Of a stretch of DNA of 64,000 nucleotides, positions 13,561 to 27,157 are shown in pieces. The DNA comes from Laetmonice hystrix (taxonomy: Eukaryota). The notes under the pieces were generated by a model. The model worked only from the letters and a program-made list of their open reading frames with translations, was not told the origin of the DNA and searched no databases. Position 1 is the stretch's first letter; the number at the start of each line of letters is the position of its first letter. Both the position numbers and the translations under genes were made by a program. Where the stretch lies: contig OZ249438.1 of assembly GCA_965235115.1 (NCBI GenBank), positions 30,008,001 to 30,072,000 on the forward strand. Reading direction: 5' to 3'.

Positions 13561-15051
13561 AGATGGGGTCTTTCTAAACAATAAAAGTACTGACGAATCT
13601 GATCGTGACCAAATGGAATCCTGGCATGAAACTACCACCCAGCCTTATTCAAGGACCTGATCGAATACGTTTTTCCAGTCTCTGAACTTTAACTCTAATG
13701 ACACCGATAGGTGTTTCCTCCTCGATCAGTTTTGAGGAGGTCAGGGTTGGGCGTCCTTCAGCCTGGGCCTCAAAACAGGCCACCGTGGCTCGCCCTCCCG
13801 AACTTGTAAGGTTTCCGCCCGTGCGACTCTGATCAGGACCTGTAAATGACTGCATTCCCGGGTCATCATCAGTCATTTGCATCAAATCATTTATACATTG
13901 AAGTAACACTGCTTGACAAGAACTTTACTATCGGCTCCCGAGCCCCCCTGGGGGCTCCAGGAGCAGGTGGGGTTGGCTTTTGGGTTCTGACCGGCCTGAA
14001 GGGCGGCCCTTTCCATATCATAGACCATTACTATTGAAGGCCACTGAATGGGTTGAGGTTATGGGCCCGGCCGTGGAAGCCGCTAATGGCGTGTACACAA
14101 TATCAGACCCCCGAAACCCTCGTTCATGTTTGATAGTATTTAAATGAGAATAAAATTTGGGATGGTCTCGGCATCCCTATTGTAAGAAGCACTCATGGTC
14201 CCTCATCTAGGGTTGAATTGATCGGCTATATCGACCCCGTATATCTGAAGTCACCTATTTCGACAACTCTAATAAAATATCTAACAGGTGAGAACGTATA
14301 TACATTTAACAAAATCTAATTCAGCCAACGACATATTAGAGGGATAAAATATTTCCAGCCTTTTCTTAAAGGTAAAGAGAGCACTATAAAGACGTGGGTC
14401 GGATGATGAGGATCGATAAATTCTCGGCGCATTCACAACGCCTACGTTGTATCATTGTACTATACAACATCATATATGCCATTGCGGGCCACCGGGTCGA
14501 CTTGTTTCTATTGTGTGTTAACGTCAGCACAAAATGGCTCAGGTAGTTAAAGGGTTCGCTGAGCAGTCCCCTTTATACTGGGACATTTGTTAGCTTGGCC
14601 TTCCACTCCTCCACCCACATACACTATCAAATCGGCGGATATCAATTTACATCAATAAATCACTGTACTTGTATAACCTCTAACAAAATACCACAGATAC
14701 AGGGCATGCCTACAAAAAGGGAGCAACTTATTTTTCCCGTTATATCTAAACAAGACAAAAAAGACATATCAACAAAGGCTGCTGAACCCACAATTCTATA
14801 TCGGCAGAAATATAGCAAATCAGCAGCTATCATAAAGTTCCTTGCCTTTGCTCAAATCATAAGTACTAGGCCCCTAGTAGCGGGATATATCACAACAATT
14901 ATTGCCAAATCCTGCAAGGCATGCGCCCACATCTTATCTGGAAATCCCCAAAGATATCCAATGCCATAAATCACATAAATGTCACTTCAATATTAAAGTG
15001 GGAAGCGATTATCGTCTTTCGAGGGTTGCACCTAATGGCTCAAAGCATTTG

Positions 15052-15174
15052 TGTAAGAAACAGAACTACGCAGGGGAAAAAAACTTGGCTGACATCAGCG
15101 AGGGCGTCAAGGATGACATCCCAAAAATCTGGTACCCCCATGCAGCTTTGGCTGTCACCCATGCAAACATCTGA
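15052..15174 (+). pseudogene. Possible Penelope-like GIY-YIG endonuclease remnant
   Basis: Translates as CKKQNYAGEKNLADISEGVKDDIPKIWYPHAALAVTHAN. This resembles the Penelope pattern C.K.YxGET..L..RI.EH..D.......SALAEHA with similar spacing, but the catalytic R and H are not conserved. Confidence 0.3.
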
Positions 15175-18100
15175 AACCCTGTCTTGAATCAAAGAGCATA
15201 ATGGTTCTACTCTAACGCACATCCTAAAGCCGTATTACCCTTGATTGAAGCAGAACCCCCTGAGTGTATGACCATTCATGTGACCGGCCCGGTGATTTCT
15301 ATGGCATGATACGTCCGGGGTGAAGGGTTGTCAATCAAACCGGTCTGAGAACAGAGCTGGAGCAGGGCTCTGAACAGCCTGGGCAGACATCCAAAACCTC
15401 GGGGAGGTAATGTACCATGGCCTGAGGACTTCACTCAGCCAACATCTGGCGGTTACAAGGAGCAAGAGACAAGACCTGATATATATATTTGTTAGTTTTC
15501 ACATGGAGGAAGTTCCATGTCTATGATGTATTACCGGCTTCGCAGTATCGAGGGTTGCGCTAGACTCAACCCAACGTCTCGTGCTGCAGTACCATATTGT
15601 GCCACTAAATCTATCTTATGTGTTTGTTATATATGCAGGTAAAACTGAATGCAGGTCTACTCTTAAAAACTGCTGTAACACAAACGATTAATTTGATATT
15701 TCAATTCATTACAGTACACAGACACAGGTAAAGCATCACCACGGCCTTGGGGTTATTCAGGTCACTGATACTCGACCAGAGCATTAATGCTGCTTACATG
15801 ATGAAATGCCATAATATTAATAGTACATTGTTAGATTGCATGTATAAGGTGTATGTGGATTCGTTCTTGAATTAATGAGCTCACTGTGTGGCTGCCACAC
15901 CTATCCGTCTTATGCTACCTATATGCATTACCTATACATTATCATACAGCACTTCACACCCCTAGTCCTGACACTGAGGTCTTCAGTGGGAGTGGGGCTA
16001 AACACGCTCGAGGTAAGCAAGCAAAATACAGTGTGATTTATGACAGTGGTTAACGTTAAATAGGGCCATATAGAGGGATAAGGCCCGCGTGAGGGTAAAG
16101 GGTGAGGGTTGGGGTTGATGCCACCTCTAGACGATGCAAAAACATGCAATATGTCCATCTGCCAGAACACCACCTCTAAACGCTCTCATGATTTGAGTCT
16201 TGATCTCCGAAACTAAAACTTTCCTATGGATCTGTCGGATATAGCACGTTTATTGTTTGTCAGGATTGAAGGTCAGTTATTTAAGGTCAGCAGTAAAAGG
16301 TTCGTGTCAACTGTTAATAGATTAGGCGTCCAGAAACTCAGAGTTCATGATTGACTTTTAACGGATTCGAAGGATAGAAAAATCATGTCAGCATATATCG
16401 TATGTAATTGGAGACTTTCTATTTTCCATTTGTTTAGATACTAGCTCCATATTTAGTTCATAATATGAAAGTCTATTTGTGAGAAAGAACAAGTACAATA
16501 TAATAAAGATTTGCCGGTTTAGCTTGACACATTTATGTGTAACACTGAGGGTTTGAATAATATGATCAATGCATGTGGTCAACGTCTTTCGTACACTGTC
16601 CGATTTCATACCACAGTCCAGTCTGTTGGACAAGACTTGTTATGGTCAAAGTGTCACGGCTTTATCTTTATTCATGTCAGTCAGGAAACACTTGAAATAA
16701 ATCGGGGCAAAGGGTCAGGGATTTAGCTTTATTGTCCAGGGAAAAGTCAACCGAGGAGTCAAACCCTGGCAACAAAGTACCGTGGACACACTGACTGATG
16801 TCTCACACTGCCACCAAAGATTCTATACCCAGTAATATCTATCCCATAGTACTCCCTACCCTATTCTCTACTCCCTCTCTGCGACCAATGAAGATCAATA
16901 AAAGCTTTTCCTTATTCACATTTGGAAGCAATGCAATTAAACAGAAGCTCAGGGAGACTAGACTTGGTATAGGAGTGACAACCCAAGAGGTATCTGATGA
17001 TGCAGCCTCCCCCCGAGGGGCCGGGGGTGAATGAGTCAGTTACGATTGTTTGGTCAGGTTGCTGGGCACACGACGATCATGCCTCTCAAGTGTTATCCTC
17101 AAATAAAACACAAAATTTCAACTTTGTTCGCGTTGCATTTTCATACCATTTAAATGGTAGCTTTTAAAAGAGAACCCCTGGCCATTCGTGCAAAGTAAAG
17201 TTGTTGATGCACATTCCCGACTTCTAGAGGCGATGTGTCAACCTGCCGATTTTTGCCGTAGCAAAAATGAAACGAGAAATCGGCTGGCTCATAAAATCGG
17301 CTGAAACTTTCGTCACCGCTTTAACCCTTACAAATTGAAAATTAAGCCTATATTTATCTAGGTTTGCACCTACTTCTGTAGGCATGGCCCTTGACGCCAT
17401 GGTAAAAAAAATCATGTAAGGTGTGTCAGTTACAAATATTCCCTATAGAATATATTAACCTGTCTGCCATTCTCTACTTCAGTAATAGAAAATTGTTAAC
17501 CCTATAAAGAGGAAAGAATGGAGAAAGAAACAAGATTGAAGTTGACCGATCTTTGGTCCTAGTACGACGTAGGGTCCTTCTGACAGGTAGGTTTATGCAC
17601 AGATTTTGATTCACTACACTCTGAACAGTTTACAGTGCTCCTTAATAGTATGGAAAATCATTTTGAATACAGACGTGGAAATATTATTACAGCCCATTTA
17701 CATTAAAACGAGTTTCTAAGAAGATGATCATGAAAAGGACATGAAAAAATGTTGCAGGCCAAAGAATCCCATTTACTCTGTACAGCAAAAAAACGCATGT
17801 ATACACACAAACCAAAAAAGAACTAGGTCAGCAGGTGGGAGAATGACCAAGGCAACGTACATCACTAACGCTGAACGCCAGTCTCTCTGGAGGTACCGTA
17901 TAATGTTAACTACCTACTGGCCTTCCACCTGCCATCCCTCATTCATGATGTCACTTTGACAGATTATTTAAACACTTAGCACTGCTTGAAGGTAAAAACC
18001 TTATACGTACAATAACCTGAGTGTTGGTAGGTTTTGAGCTCCCAGGCGATAATAGCACACCATCCTCTGGCCTAGAGACACTAAAAGCATTTGTTCCGGT

Positions 18101-19319
18101 GGACTTGAAAAAGCGGTAAATTGTCAACTATTACCTAACATAGCAATCATCCGCCATTTCTCTTGTTAACCTGGAATGTCTAAAGGACGTCCCGTAACGA
18201 GTCTATGGCCGGGCAGTGTCCAGTCGATGCGAGGGTCACAATTACTATGGACCAATGCCGTTCAACATAATAGAATCTAGTACTGTTTGGTTGTAATAGT
18301 TCATGGTCACACTGCTAACTCCATATTAATGGGTTCCGTCCGGGTCTTTATACTGATGGCTATGTCCGTGTACAAGATCATTCAGTGACGGCATTGCAAC
18401 AAATTAATGGTGACGACAAACTCAAGCATAGGCCTTTCTTTCCAAACAAGTGCCGACGTAAAGCTGTCCCCTAAAACGATAAGAGTGACTAAACTTTCAA
18501 AAGATAAGCAGTTAAGATTGTGTCATGATGGCTTTCCTCACATTATTTTACTTTACATAATACAGAAAAAAATCACCGATTCCTAATATTAAATATATAT
18601 TAATATACACGTATGACTGTTCTGGCAAGAATAATTTTTAAAAAGGAAAAGGGGTCTTCCCTTCACTGTCCCACTAAAACAATTTCTTGCCTATGAGCAA
18701 CACTGTAGTCGCTGGTCATTATTGTGATGACAAAGGAGTTTACTTCTCTACCACATAACTTAGTATACTTGACCCAATAACAATCTGAAACGAATCACGC
18801 ATAGAGCAGCGATTGATTATACCTGCTGCTGGCAAACCACCCCTCAGTGCGCACGACTTCGCCAGCTGAGTGTGAAAATAATGGAAAAAAATACATAAAA
18901 AGTGCACTCAGCGCCAGCGCCACCTGGGCTCATCCTCAGGTAAATAATTTACCTTAATTATGATAATTATGACAATTAACCCAGATATGGAAAATACACT
19001 ATCTGTCTAACATAAATATAACATGAAAACTTAAGTCAGCAACACGTACCTTCTCATTTAAATTCACTAATGAATTCGCTAATAAATGTATCACTGTTAA
19101 AAGTCCTTCAACGTTGAGTTACTGAAGAAAAAAATCCCGCTTCCGTGAGAAACCACTTGTAATATCTGTAGGAGGTGTGGAGATGAGAACGGTAAAAATG
19201 TTGCTATTGAAAGCGAACGATTTCTGACTAATCATGACCGCCAGAAACCACTGGGCACGGTTTGACAGAAATGTGTTAATGGTCGAGTTCCTCGTTATTG
19301 TTGGCCTTTACAGTGACCG

Positions 19320-19333
19320 ACGCCCCCTGGTGA
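19320..19333 (-). promoter_or_regulatory. CTCF-like motif
   Basis: Minus strand TCACCAGGGGGCGT matches 12 of 14 positions of CCASYAGRKGGCRS. Confidence 0.35.
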
Positions 19334-21722
19334 GGGAAGTGGTCAACCTGTACCGAGCCTCAAGATTTCCACCCACCACCACCGGTATGGCTCGCCATCA
19401 TAATTGCCACTGAACCAAGCACGCAAGCAAGCGGTGGCGTCCTTTATGGCGCTAGGGGGTGGGGGTGGGGGGGCCGCATTGGGCCATGCCCCCCCCATCA
19501 TAATTTTCTAAATATATGCCACTTCAAGCAAGTAAAGCTACACTATTACCAAGCATGCGTGAGTTAAAGGAGCGAGTGCCTACCCCATCCCCATCATAGC
19601 TTACCCTTATCATTTCTACCCCCATCCCCTATCCCCTACTCCATCCCCTTCATCCCTTATACTACTGCCCTCACACTCAATAAGTCTTTTCTTACTATAC
19701 CCATCAAGCATACTCCTTGATGCCTACCTCACCCCATCACCTCACCCCATCATTCCAGTCCTCCACCTCCACACGCTCAACATCCCTCTAGCCCCCTTCT
19801 GTCACCTCTATCGTTTACTCCCCATCCAATCATCCCCTGACAGCGAACAAACCACGTCCACTCAAATACCACGTCCAAAATGTCGTGACTGTCACACCAG
19901 TCCACACATCAACAAACTGTTTTCAATTCTTTTTTAAACTTTGATAGCCACAGAGTGGGGCAGTCAAACACCCGGCCCATCCCGCTTTGTTTGACTTCCC
20001 CACCTTCTGGTTGGAGGATTATTTGACCATTCTTAACAACGCCCCATGAAGCTGACGGACCTTCCAAGTGGTCAAACAGTGAAACTATAGCCAGCGTGCA
20101 GACCAGAAAAAAGCCGCAAATGTTGGAAATGCTACGCTTTCATTCAGGAAGCCCACCATATTTCTAGCTTCATACGGGTGAGGCTGCCTAATAAAGTTAT
20201 CCCAGGCATGTCGAGGTTGGGAGTGGAAGCCTATTGGGGGTATCAAGTTCAAGTTTCCCACTCCTGTGCAACTAAGGATGTTTCGCCCTACTTTAAAAGA
20301 CTTTTCCTGTGGATCTATTCTCATCATTCTGCTTGTTTCCCTGCCGGTTTATGTTAAAATTGATTCTCAAATCTAAGAAGGAAACATCTGCTACCCTCAT
20401 TATTTTTACTACTATATAGGAACCAATTAAATTTGTTCCAGTTTGTAACCCTTCTTGTTTTTTTATGGTTCACCCACAGAATACCTGTATCTCAATTCTA
20501 TTAAACCATCAATTAGGTCTATACAACCTATAAAAAGCCTCAGATAAACTGCATCAAACAATGGGTTCCTATTTATAAACATGAATATGATTTTTAGGAT
20601 TTTTGCAAACAAAAAAGATTTCCTAGCTTTTAAGTGACCGTTTTCTAGTATAAAGAGTCTTTTGTTCTCCCCTCATAGGTTGTTTGTAGTTCTTGGCATT
20701 TATAACTGCGATTTATGGCCGTGGCTGCCAACAAATATTTTCATATGTAAACTGCCATTTAAGAGGCCATTGACATTCAAATACATACACACACTGTTCA
20801 TACACACATGAATACGGTCAAAAGAAAAACTCGAACATAGCATGGTATCTACGCAGGTACGCCATTCAGATGGTAATGTCAACGGTCGTCTGTAGGGGTC
20901 GCTCACTGTAAGGATCCTGTATAAGTGAGAGCTACAGTAAACTAAGTGATTTTTGTTCGTATAACCGATCTCAGTAATTCAGACCTACTTTCAATGTAAA
21001 AACGCTGCAATACCCACCCTAATATTAGTCTGCGAGAAATATAGTCGCAAGAATCAGCGTAGATAATCCGTGTAGACACAGAAAACATTGTAAATAGAAT
21101 ACAGTGACTATAGCAAGCACTGATAATTACTATGAAGTTACTTGTTATGTCTAATATGTGATGTATATTACTGAATAACTGCTCGTGGTCAGTTTTGAGT
21201 AGACGTCATACCGACTTCTATATTTTCCTGCAAGGAACAAGGAAATCTTTAAAATTAGCAAGAAGTATCCTGCCTCCCTAGGTCGTTGACCCTGACCGAA
21301 ACTTTAGGTGAAATAAATGGTAGTAATATGATATAACTGTGACATATCTTCACGAATCAGACTAGGCAGAAAGCGCGCTTACAGAATACATTGGATCTCG
21401 TTAAAAGCCAAATGCTCATATCTATGACATAGATTACCAGCGGTGCACAATACAACTGACAACCTTCGGAGCGCCGGTACCGGTGCATGTAGTATGCCCA
21501 CATTGTACTCAGGGAGGTTACAAACAACTCGATCCCATGGATCCCTGGAGCTGAAAATCATTAGGGTAATAGTGACACCCATAGGTGTACAAGCCAGAGG
21601 GTTGGAAGCCACCCAACCCACCCCACCTAGTCACAGTGGCGGCATCAAACCTTATAAGGCAACACCATTCCTGGTTCGGGTGAAGGAAGATGCATAGGTT
21701 ATTCCACATATTCCACAAAAAT

Positions 21723-21817
21723 GGGGGGGGGGGGGGGGCACTACGGACTACGGGCAAGTTGTTTGTTGTTTGTGTGTGTGTGTGTGTGTGTGTGTGGTTT
21801 TTTTTGGGGGGGGGGGG
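21723..21817. repeat. Compound simple repeat: G16, (TG)13, T-run, G12
   Basis: G16 at 21723-21738, (TG)13 at 21771-21796 and G12 at 21806-21817, read directly from the sequence. Confidence 0.95.
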
Positions 21818-24800
21818 CGACTGTATGCCTAGGGTGACAACTTCATTCAATAACTCAATAGATGTTTTAAAAAGTGGGAAATGAACCAGTAAGATTATAA
21901 ACTATTATTGTTCTTCATTCTCTCTACAACTCAGGTGTATATTCTATTCTTAGATCCGTCCCTATTCCTGCTGCAGGGGCAGAAGAAAGATGACTACGGT
22001 AAATCAGAAAACGCTCTTGGCACTGACAAATAAAAAAACAGAGCCAAATGGCTTTCTTCCAAATTAGATACATGTGCTTTGCTAATTGCTAATAATGAAG
22101 GATAGTCCTTGATGATGGTCTATGTAATAGAACAAGGAATTAAACATTACACTGCATCTGATGCAGGAGATGTTCAATCCCCGAGTCCTTGCCATGCACA
22201 AGTTCAATCACACCTCAATCAATCAGATATTCACTTGCGACAGCGTAGAAAGGATAAAATAACTTGCAGCCCGGAAGAAAAAACCATCATTACCCATTTC
22301 TTCATTCATGAAGGATAATTTCTGTGATATGCTGTGATGATAAGGTATTATGAAGCCGAGCTTTGCGATATGATCGATGACTTATCCACTGTCTGATCAG
22401 CCCCTGGTCGAGTTCACCGAGTGGGGCAGTCTCAGCACACTGTAGTCGAGGTTCCATTGCTCGGCCACCCGGACCGCTGCGCCCCGTTCCCCGGGGCTAT
22501 CTCACAGCCAATCCACCACCAGACAAAAACCATTCATTGCAGGCCCGCCGTCGGCCGATCCCACTCATATGCTGCTCCAGTCACTACGCTCCATTCAAAA
22601 TTTATTTCGCAGTTGACCAACTTCCCGGCTGAGCGGATTGCTTTCGAACCCTGTGGCCAATAATGGGCTCACGGACGCTGGACAGCAGACCATGCTTGGT
22701 GACCAATTTAACACTTAGACAACCACTATTTCATCCAACCTAACTCGAATCCACTCCTACACTAACATCATTAACTCTTGCTCTCAAGCTTACACCGGGG
22801 CTCTTGAAATAGTGCTCACGCTGATAGTAACACAATTTAAATTTCAGTAATTTTTATTAATCAGATAAAGTGAAGGTAAAATTTGGTCTTGGAAACTGCC
22901 CATTCTTGTTGTCCTAAGCCTTAAGAGCCCCTTATCGAAAACATGGATTCTGTGAGCTTGTTTGTTGGTGAAACTTCCATCATTACCAACACCAAAATAA
23001 ATTTCTCATATTTGATGGTCATATTTTTCGTTTTTCTGGACCCATAGAGCAGGTTTCCTGATAGAAACCACAACTCTCCAGTGTTAGGTTGTTTATCAAT
23101 TCACCACAAGTCACTGACTTGGCCTGACACCACCACCACCACGTTAATATGCTGTCATCTCTCACAGTATGCCACCACTGAAGGGGTGGCATACATGTGA
23201 CATGTTACAATAAAGGGGGGCTTTTTGTAAGGTCTGTATAACGGCTGACTTATCTGTAACTGATAAGCGAGAGGCCACTAAATAATTATAGGCTAATTAC
23301 CCAGCAACCCTTTTGGTTGGTGTGGGTTATGTTTGTTTACACAGTAGTAGACGATTATGCAAGGGCAGCATTCTTCATAAACAAACTTTAGATTTCATGT
23401 GGATTCCCTGCTGGGGGGAATTTCACAGCTGACCTCCAGGGGCAAGCTGTTTGCCGGATGGGTGGATGTCGGGGAGGGAGAATGGCCCACTGGAAAAACA
23501 ATTGACTCCTTCAGATCATTTTGGTGACTTACAATCTGAGTCCTGCCCCGACCTCTCCCAACAACAAGCTGCAGGCATTCAATGAGTCCCTCTGTTCTCT
23601 GCCTCATCGATCACAGTGTCCATTATTATGACAGTGTCATCGCGACACTTTGTAACAATGTATGCCACTACTAGTTTTCTTATATCCACCATTTATTTTA
23701 AACAGTGTCGGATGATGTTCTCCGTGGGGAGATCTAGGCGTCTGGGACCTGAATATTTCCGAACCTTGAAATTCCTTAAAACTGACTTTCACAATTCCTA
23801 CATTGGGACAACAAGATATCTTGAACAGAGTGTAGAAGGTACATTCCAAGCCACCAAATATCTATATCCTTCTCATCACAATGTACATAAGGACGACGGT
23901 TGTTATAACAGAAGAAAACTCTCAAGTTTCTCTCTTTCTGTGGCCAAAGGTACGACACTCATTGTTAACCTCTCCTGATTTCTCTGTTACACTATAATAA
24001 GCCATGCTGAAGTAAGACGAGATATTTCCTGAAAGGCATCCCAAATCGTCATGACTGGTAAAAGGTTCCTTCCTCACAGCATGTCCGAATATCCCACACT
24101 GTGAAATCAAAGCCCATTCGTCCAGGTCCCAACCCCCAAACCCACTATTAAACTATCCAGTTACAGCGCAAACTTGAACCCCCATTTTGTACAAAGTAAA
24201 CACCAATCGTCAGTGGATGCCAACACCGACGCTATGCTAGCCATTACATTTCACACCCATGCATTTCAGTTTGGCTTTATCAACAGTGAGCCTCGAGTTT
24301 GCGCTGTAAACTGACTGAAGTATTCTAGGCCATATCGTCTTTCAGGACAACGTGAGCAAAGAAAGGGTCATTACTCCCACGAGTTGCCGGGTTCTCCAAT
24401 TTTTCTTTCTTAGCATAAAGGTAGAGGCTTCACTCAAATCTGTTTGATTGAATCCAAGTTCTATAGCCATCATCCACTGTGAATCAAGTGATTTTACCCT
24501 CAGTTCAAACTTTCAAGCTTAACTGTATTCTCAAAATTGAGTGGAATGAGAAGTTTAACGTGGAGTCAAACTGATATTCTGTATGAAAAATATACTGTAA
24601 ATGACATTGTGAACACTATTACAGATATTTTCAATAAGAAAGTTTTGACTTCATATTCTGGCTAAAACCTATATAACATGGTCATTACTAACCGATACAC
24701 TTTTTGACATATTTATGATTTTGATGATGTGTCGTAATTTCTGCTCTACCATCTAAGGAAAGAAGCGGCATTGTTGGCGATCGTGTTACGACTCAGCAAA

Positions 24801-26986
24801 AGTCCTCTTTGGAACTTTGGAACAGAACTTTTCTTCTCGCTTTGTCATATCAAATCTATTCATTCCTTTCTACAATACCAAAAGGTATCTTTTCAGGCGA
24901 TCTTTCGTGCACAGACAATGACGGAAGACGAGATGTTAGGCATTTGTTGAAGACTATTCTCTCCTTTCATTACTTTGATGTTTGTTTCCTTGCTCTAATA
25001 AGTAATCTAACCCAAAAGAAAGTCGAAATGGTTTTTAAAAATCTATCCATCATGATTGTACCGCAGATGAATCAAGTTCTGACAGACATATACTAGATGA
25101 TCAAAAGGTGTTCATTCCGTCTGCTCTAAAACCCTACATTTCCATTAGAAGAACTCCAAGCTGTATAAAGTTTGGTAAAAGCTACATATAGACATGGGGC
25201 CTTTGTCCACATTTCCCAGTCCAAAAGAAGACGACAACGCGATTTGACAGGAAACAAGAGCCCAACTTTTGAAACTAATGCTGGTCACATCTCGAAAAGA
25301 ATATCAGAATATATTTGACAACATAAAACCCTCACTGAAAGTTTCCAACATGAACCACTAATGAGGCTGTCTCTTTAGCTCTTTTTTCAAACATCGTTTG
25401 TTTCTAAACTATATACACGTATTCGCTTCCAATGTAAGCAGAATTATAAGAAAAGGGTGAAGATATAAAAATGCCTCGGAAATAAACTAACACTGTACAT
25501 GTATTATGCAAATGCACAAGAAATAGATAACACGCAATACCCTCGATGACACTCTGGTTTGATACGTCATATATCGATGTATGCATAAGCGGTCTGTGGG
25601 GTATACTTAGTTTAAATGGGAGCAAGATAATCACAGAATTTGACGACTGCCATAAGAGTTTCAGTCAAACTTATTCCGGTTTCCATCCAAGCTACAGTTT
25701 AACAGCTGGTGACCTTCCGTATTGGCTTATTGAACTGAAGGTGTCCGTTAAAAGGTTATAGGTGTTGGCCCCTGTCCCAAATTAACATTAAAGACTCCTA
25801 GCACTGGTTTGTGAACATAAAACTGTATACCACTATGTACTGGTATATATATCTTAATCCATGATGGTCATCCCAAGGGTACTTAAGCTTTAAGCTTCAA
25901 ACCTACCTCACAATAAGGTTTTTTTCCTATATTGGACAAATGTGAATACCCATCTAAAGTTATTACTATGTACATAGAATTCCAATAGCACACTGCCTTG
26001 AAAATACCTTGTGGTGAAATAAACAACATTAAACATTAGGACAATTGGGTAATCATTCCCGTAAATCCACCATCATTATGAACTGCACGAATTGTAATAT
26101 TTAGTTAAGTGATGTGATACCTTTTATTACAAACCAGCTCCAAAGAATGATTAGGTTATTGTTTGGTCAAGTACCGCTGGAGGCTTCTGTTGATATACCC
26201 CCATAAACTTGTCCTTAACTAGTTCAAGCACCTTTTTTATCCTTTTATATCTACATAATAGTTAGTAACAATGCCCTGCACACCGGAAATGTAACAAAGA
26301 CGTGGGACCTAATAATGTCCCACCCTGATGACGTTAACATGACGATTTGAGTATAAAGTATACCCCAGCGTTTTATACTTTCACATTTCGTGTCCAGTCC
26401 ACTCATTCTGGCCGATATTTTTCCACGAAGGGCGGGTAGCCCGGTACTCAGTGGTCAGCCAAAGGCTGAAAGCTGGACCCAACTGACCATATGCTAATGC
26501 ATAACCACCATAAAGCACCTGCCATCTAACGATCCATTGAACTTTAGACCCCATCTTTAGTCTCAGCAGGTGTGTTCTGGTGCCGAGGCACCTCCTGATA
26601 AAACCATTGTGTGATCCAAGAAGGGCCCCTGAGACAAGAATATGAATTGCCACTATTATGGCCATAATGCTGATGTGGTCCTTCTAGTGCGCCTACTTTG
26701 TGCTGACCTTCAAAGGAGTATTTTTATACCGCATACATCATCACGGCATACTGAAAGTCGAAGAAATTAAAGGATCAATGTCCATAACTGCACAAGACAA
26801 AATCAGTAGCTAATATATTCAGTATTATTTAACAAGGACTGATTATGAAACAATATCTTTGCAGCGTATCCTGTACATACAATCAATGTGGTGTTTGGTA
26901 TACAATCAAAGGATTCGGTGGGATCAGCTGTGTAGAATCAGGTCGAAAAGATTACGGACAAGTCTACCATTACAATAGTTGGTTAT

Positions 26987-27157
26987 TAATTCATGGCAAC
27001 TTTCCCACGAAATCTTTGGGTTGGGGTTATCTTAGGGATATCTTTGGGGGAGGTCTAGCGACCGGTGTTAGGGGCTAGGGATAAGGTCAGGGCTAGGGAA
27101 AGTGATAGATCTTTTACTTCTAACCAAATTTCGTGGGGGTTAAGTTACCATGAATTA
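26987..27157. mobile_element. MITE-like element with imperfect ~35-bp terminal inverted repeats and a degenerate (GGCTAGGG/GGTTAGGG)-like core
   Basis: Left arm taattcatggcaactttcccacgaaatctttgg versus right arm reverse complement taattcatggtaacttaacccccacgaaatttgg. A TA TSD is possible if the termini are ATTCATGG...CCATGAAT. A second partial copy lies at 834-917. Confidence 0.7.

Noticed and set aside
17144-17159. Perfect 16-bp palindrome TACCATTTAAATGGTA in a MITE-like AT-rich stretch
   Set aside because: I could not find paired termini or a TSD, and one such palindrome in 64 kb is unremarkable.
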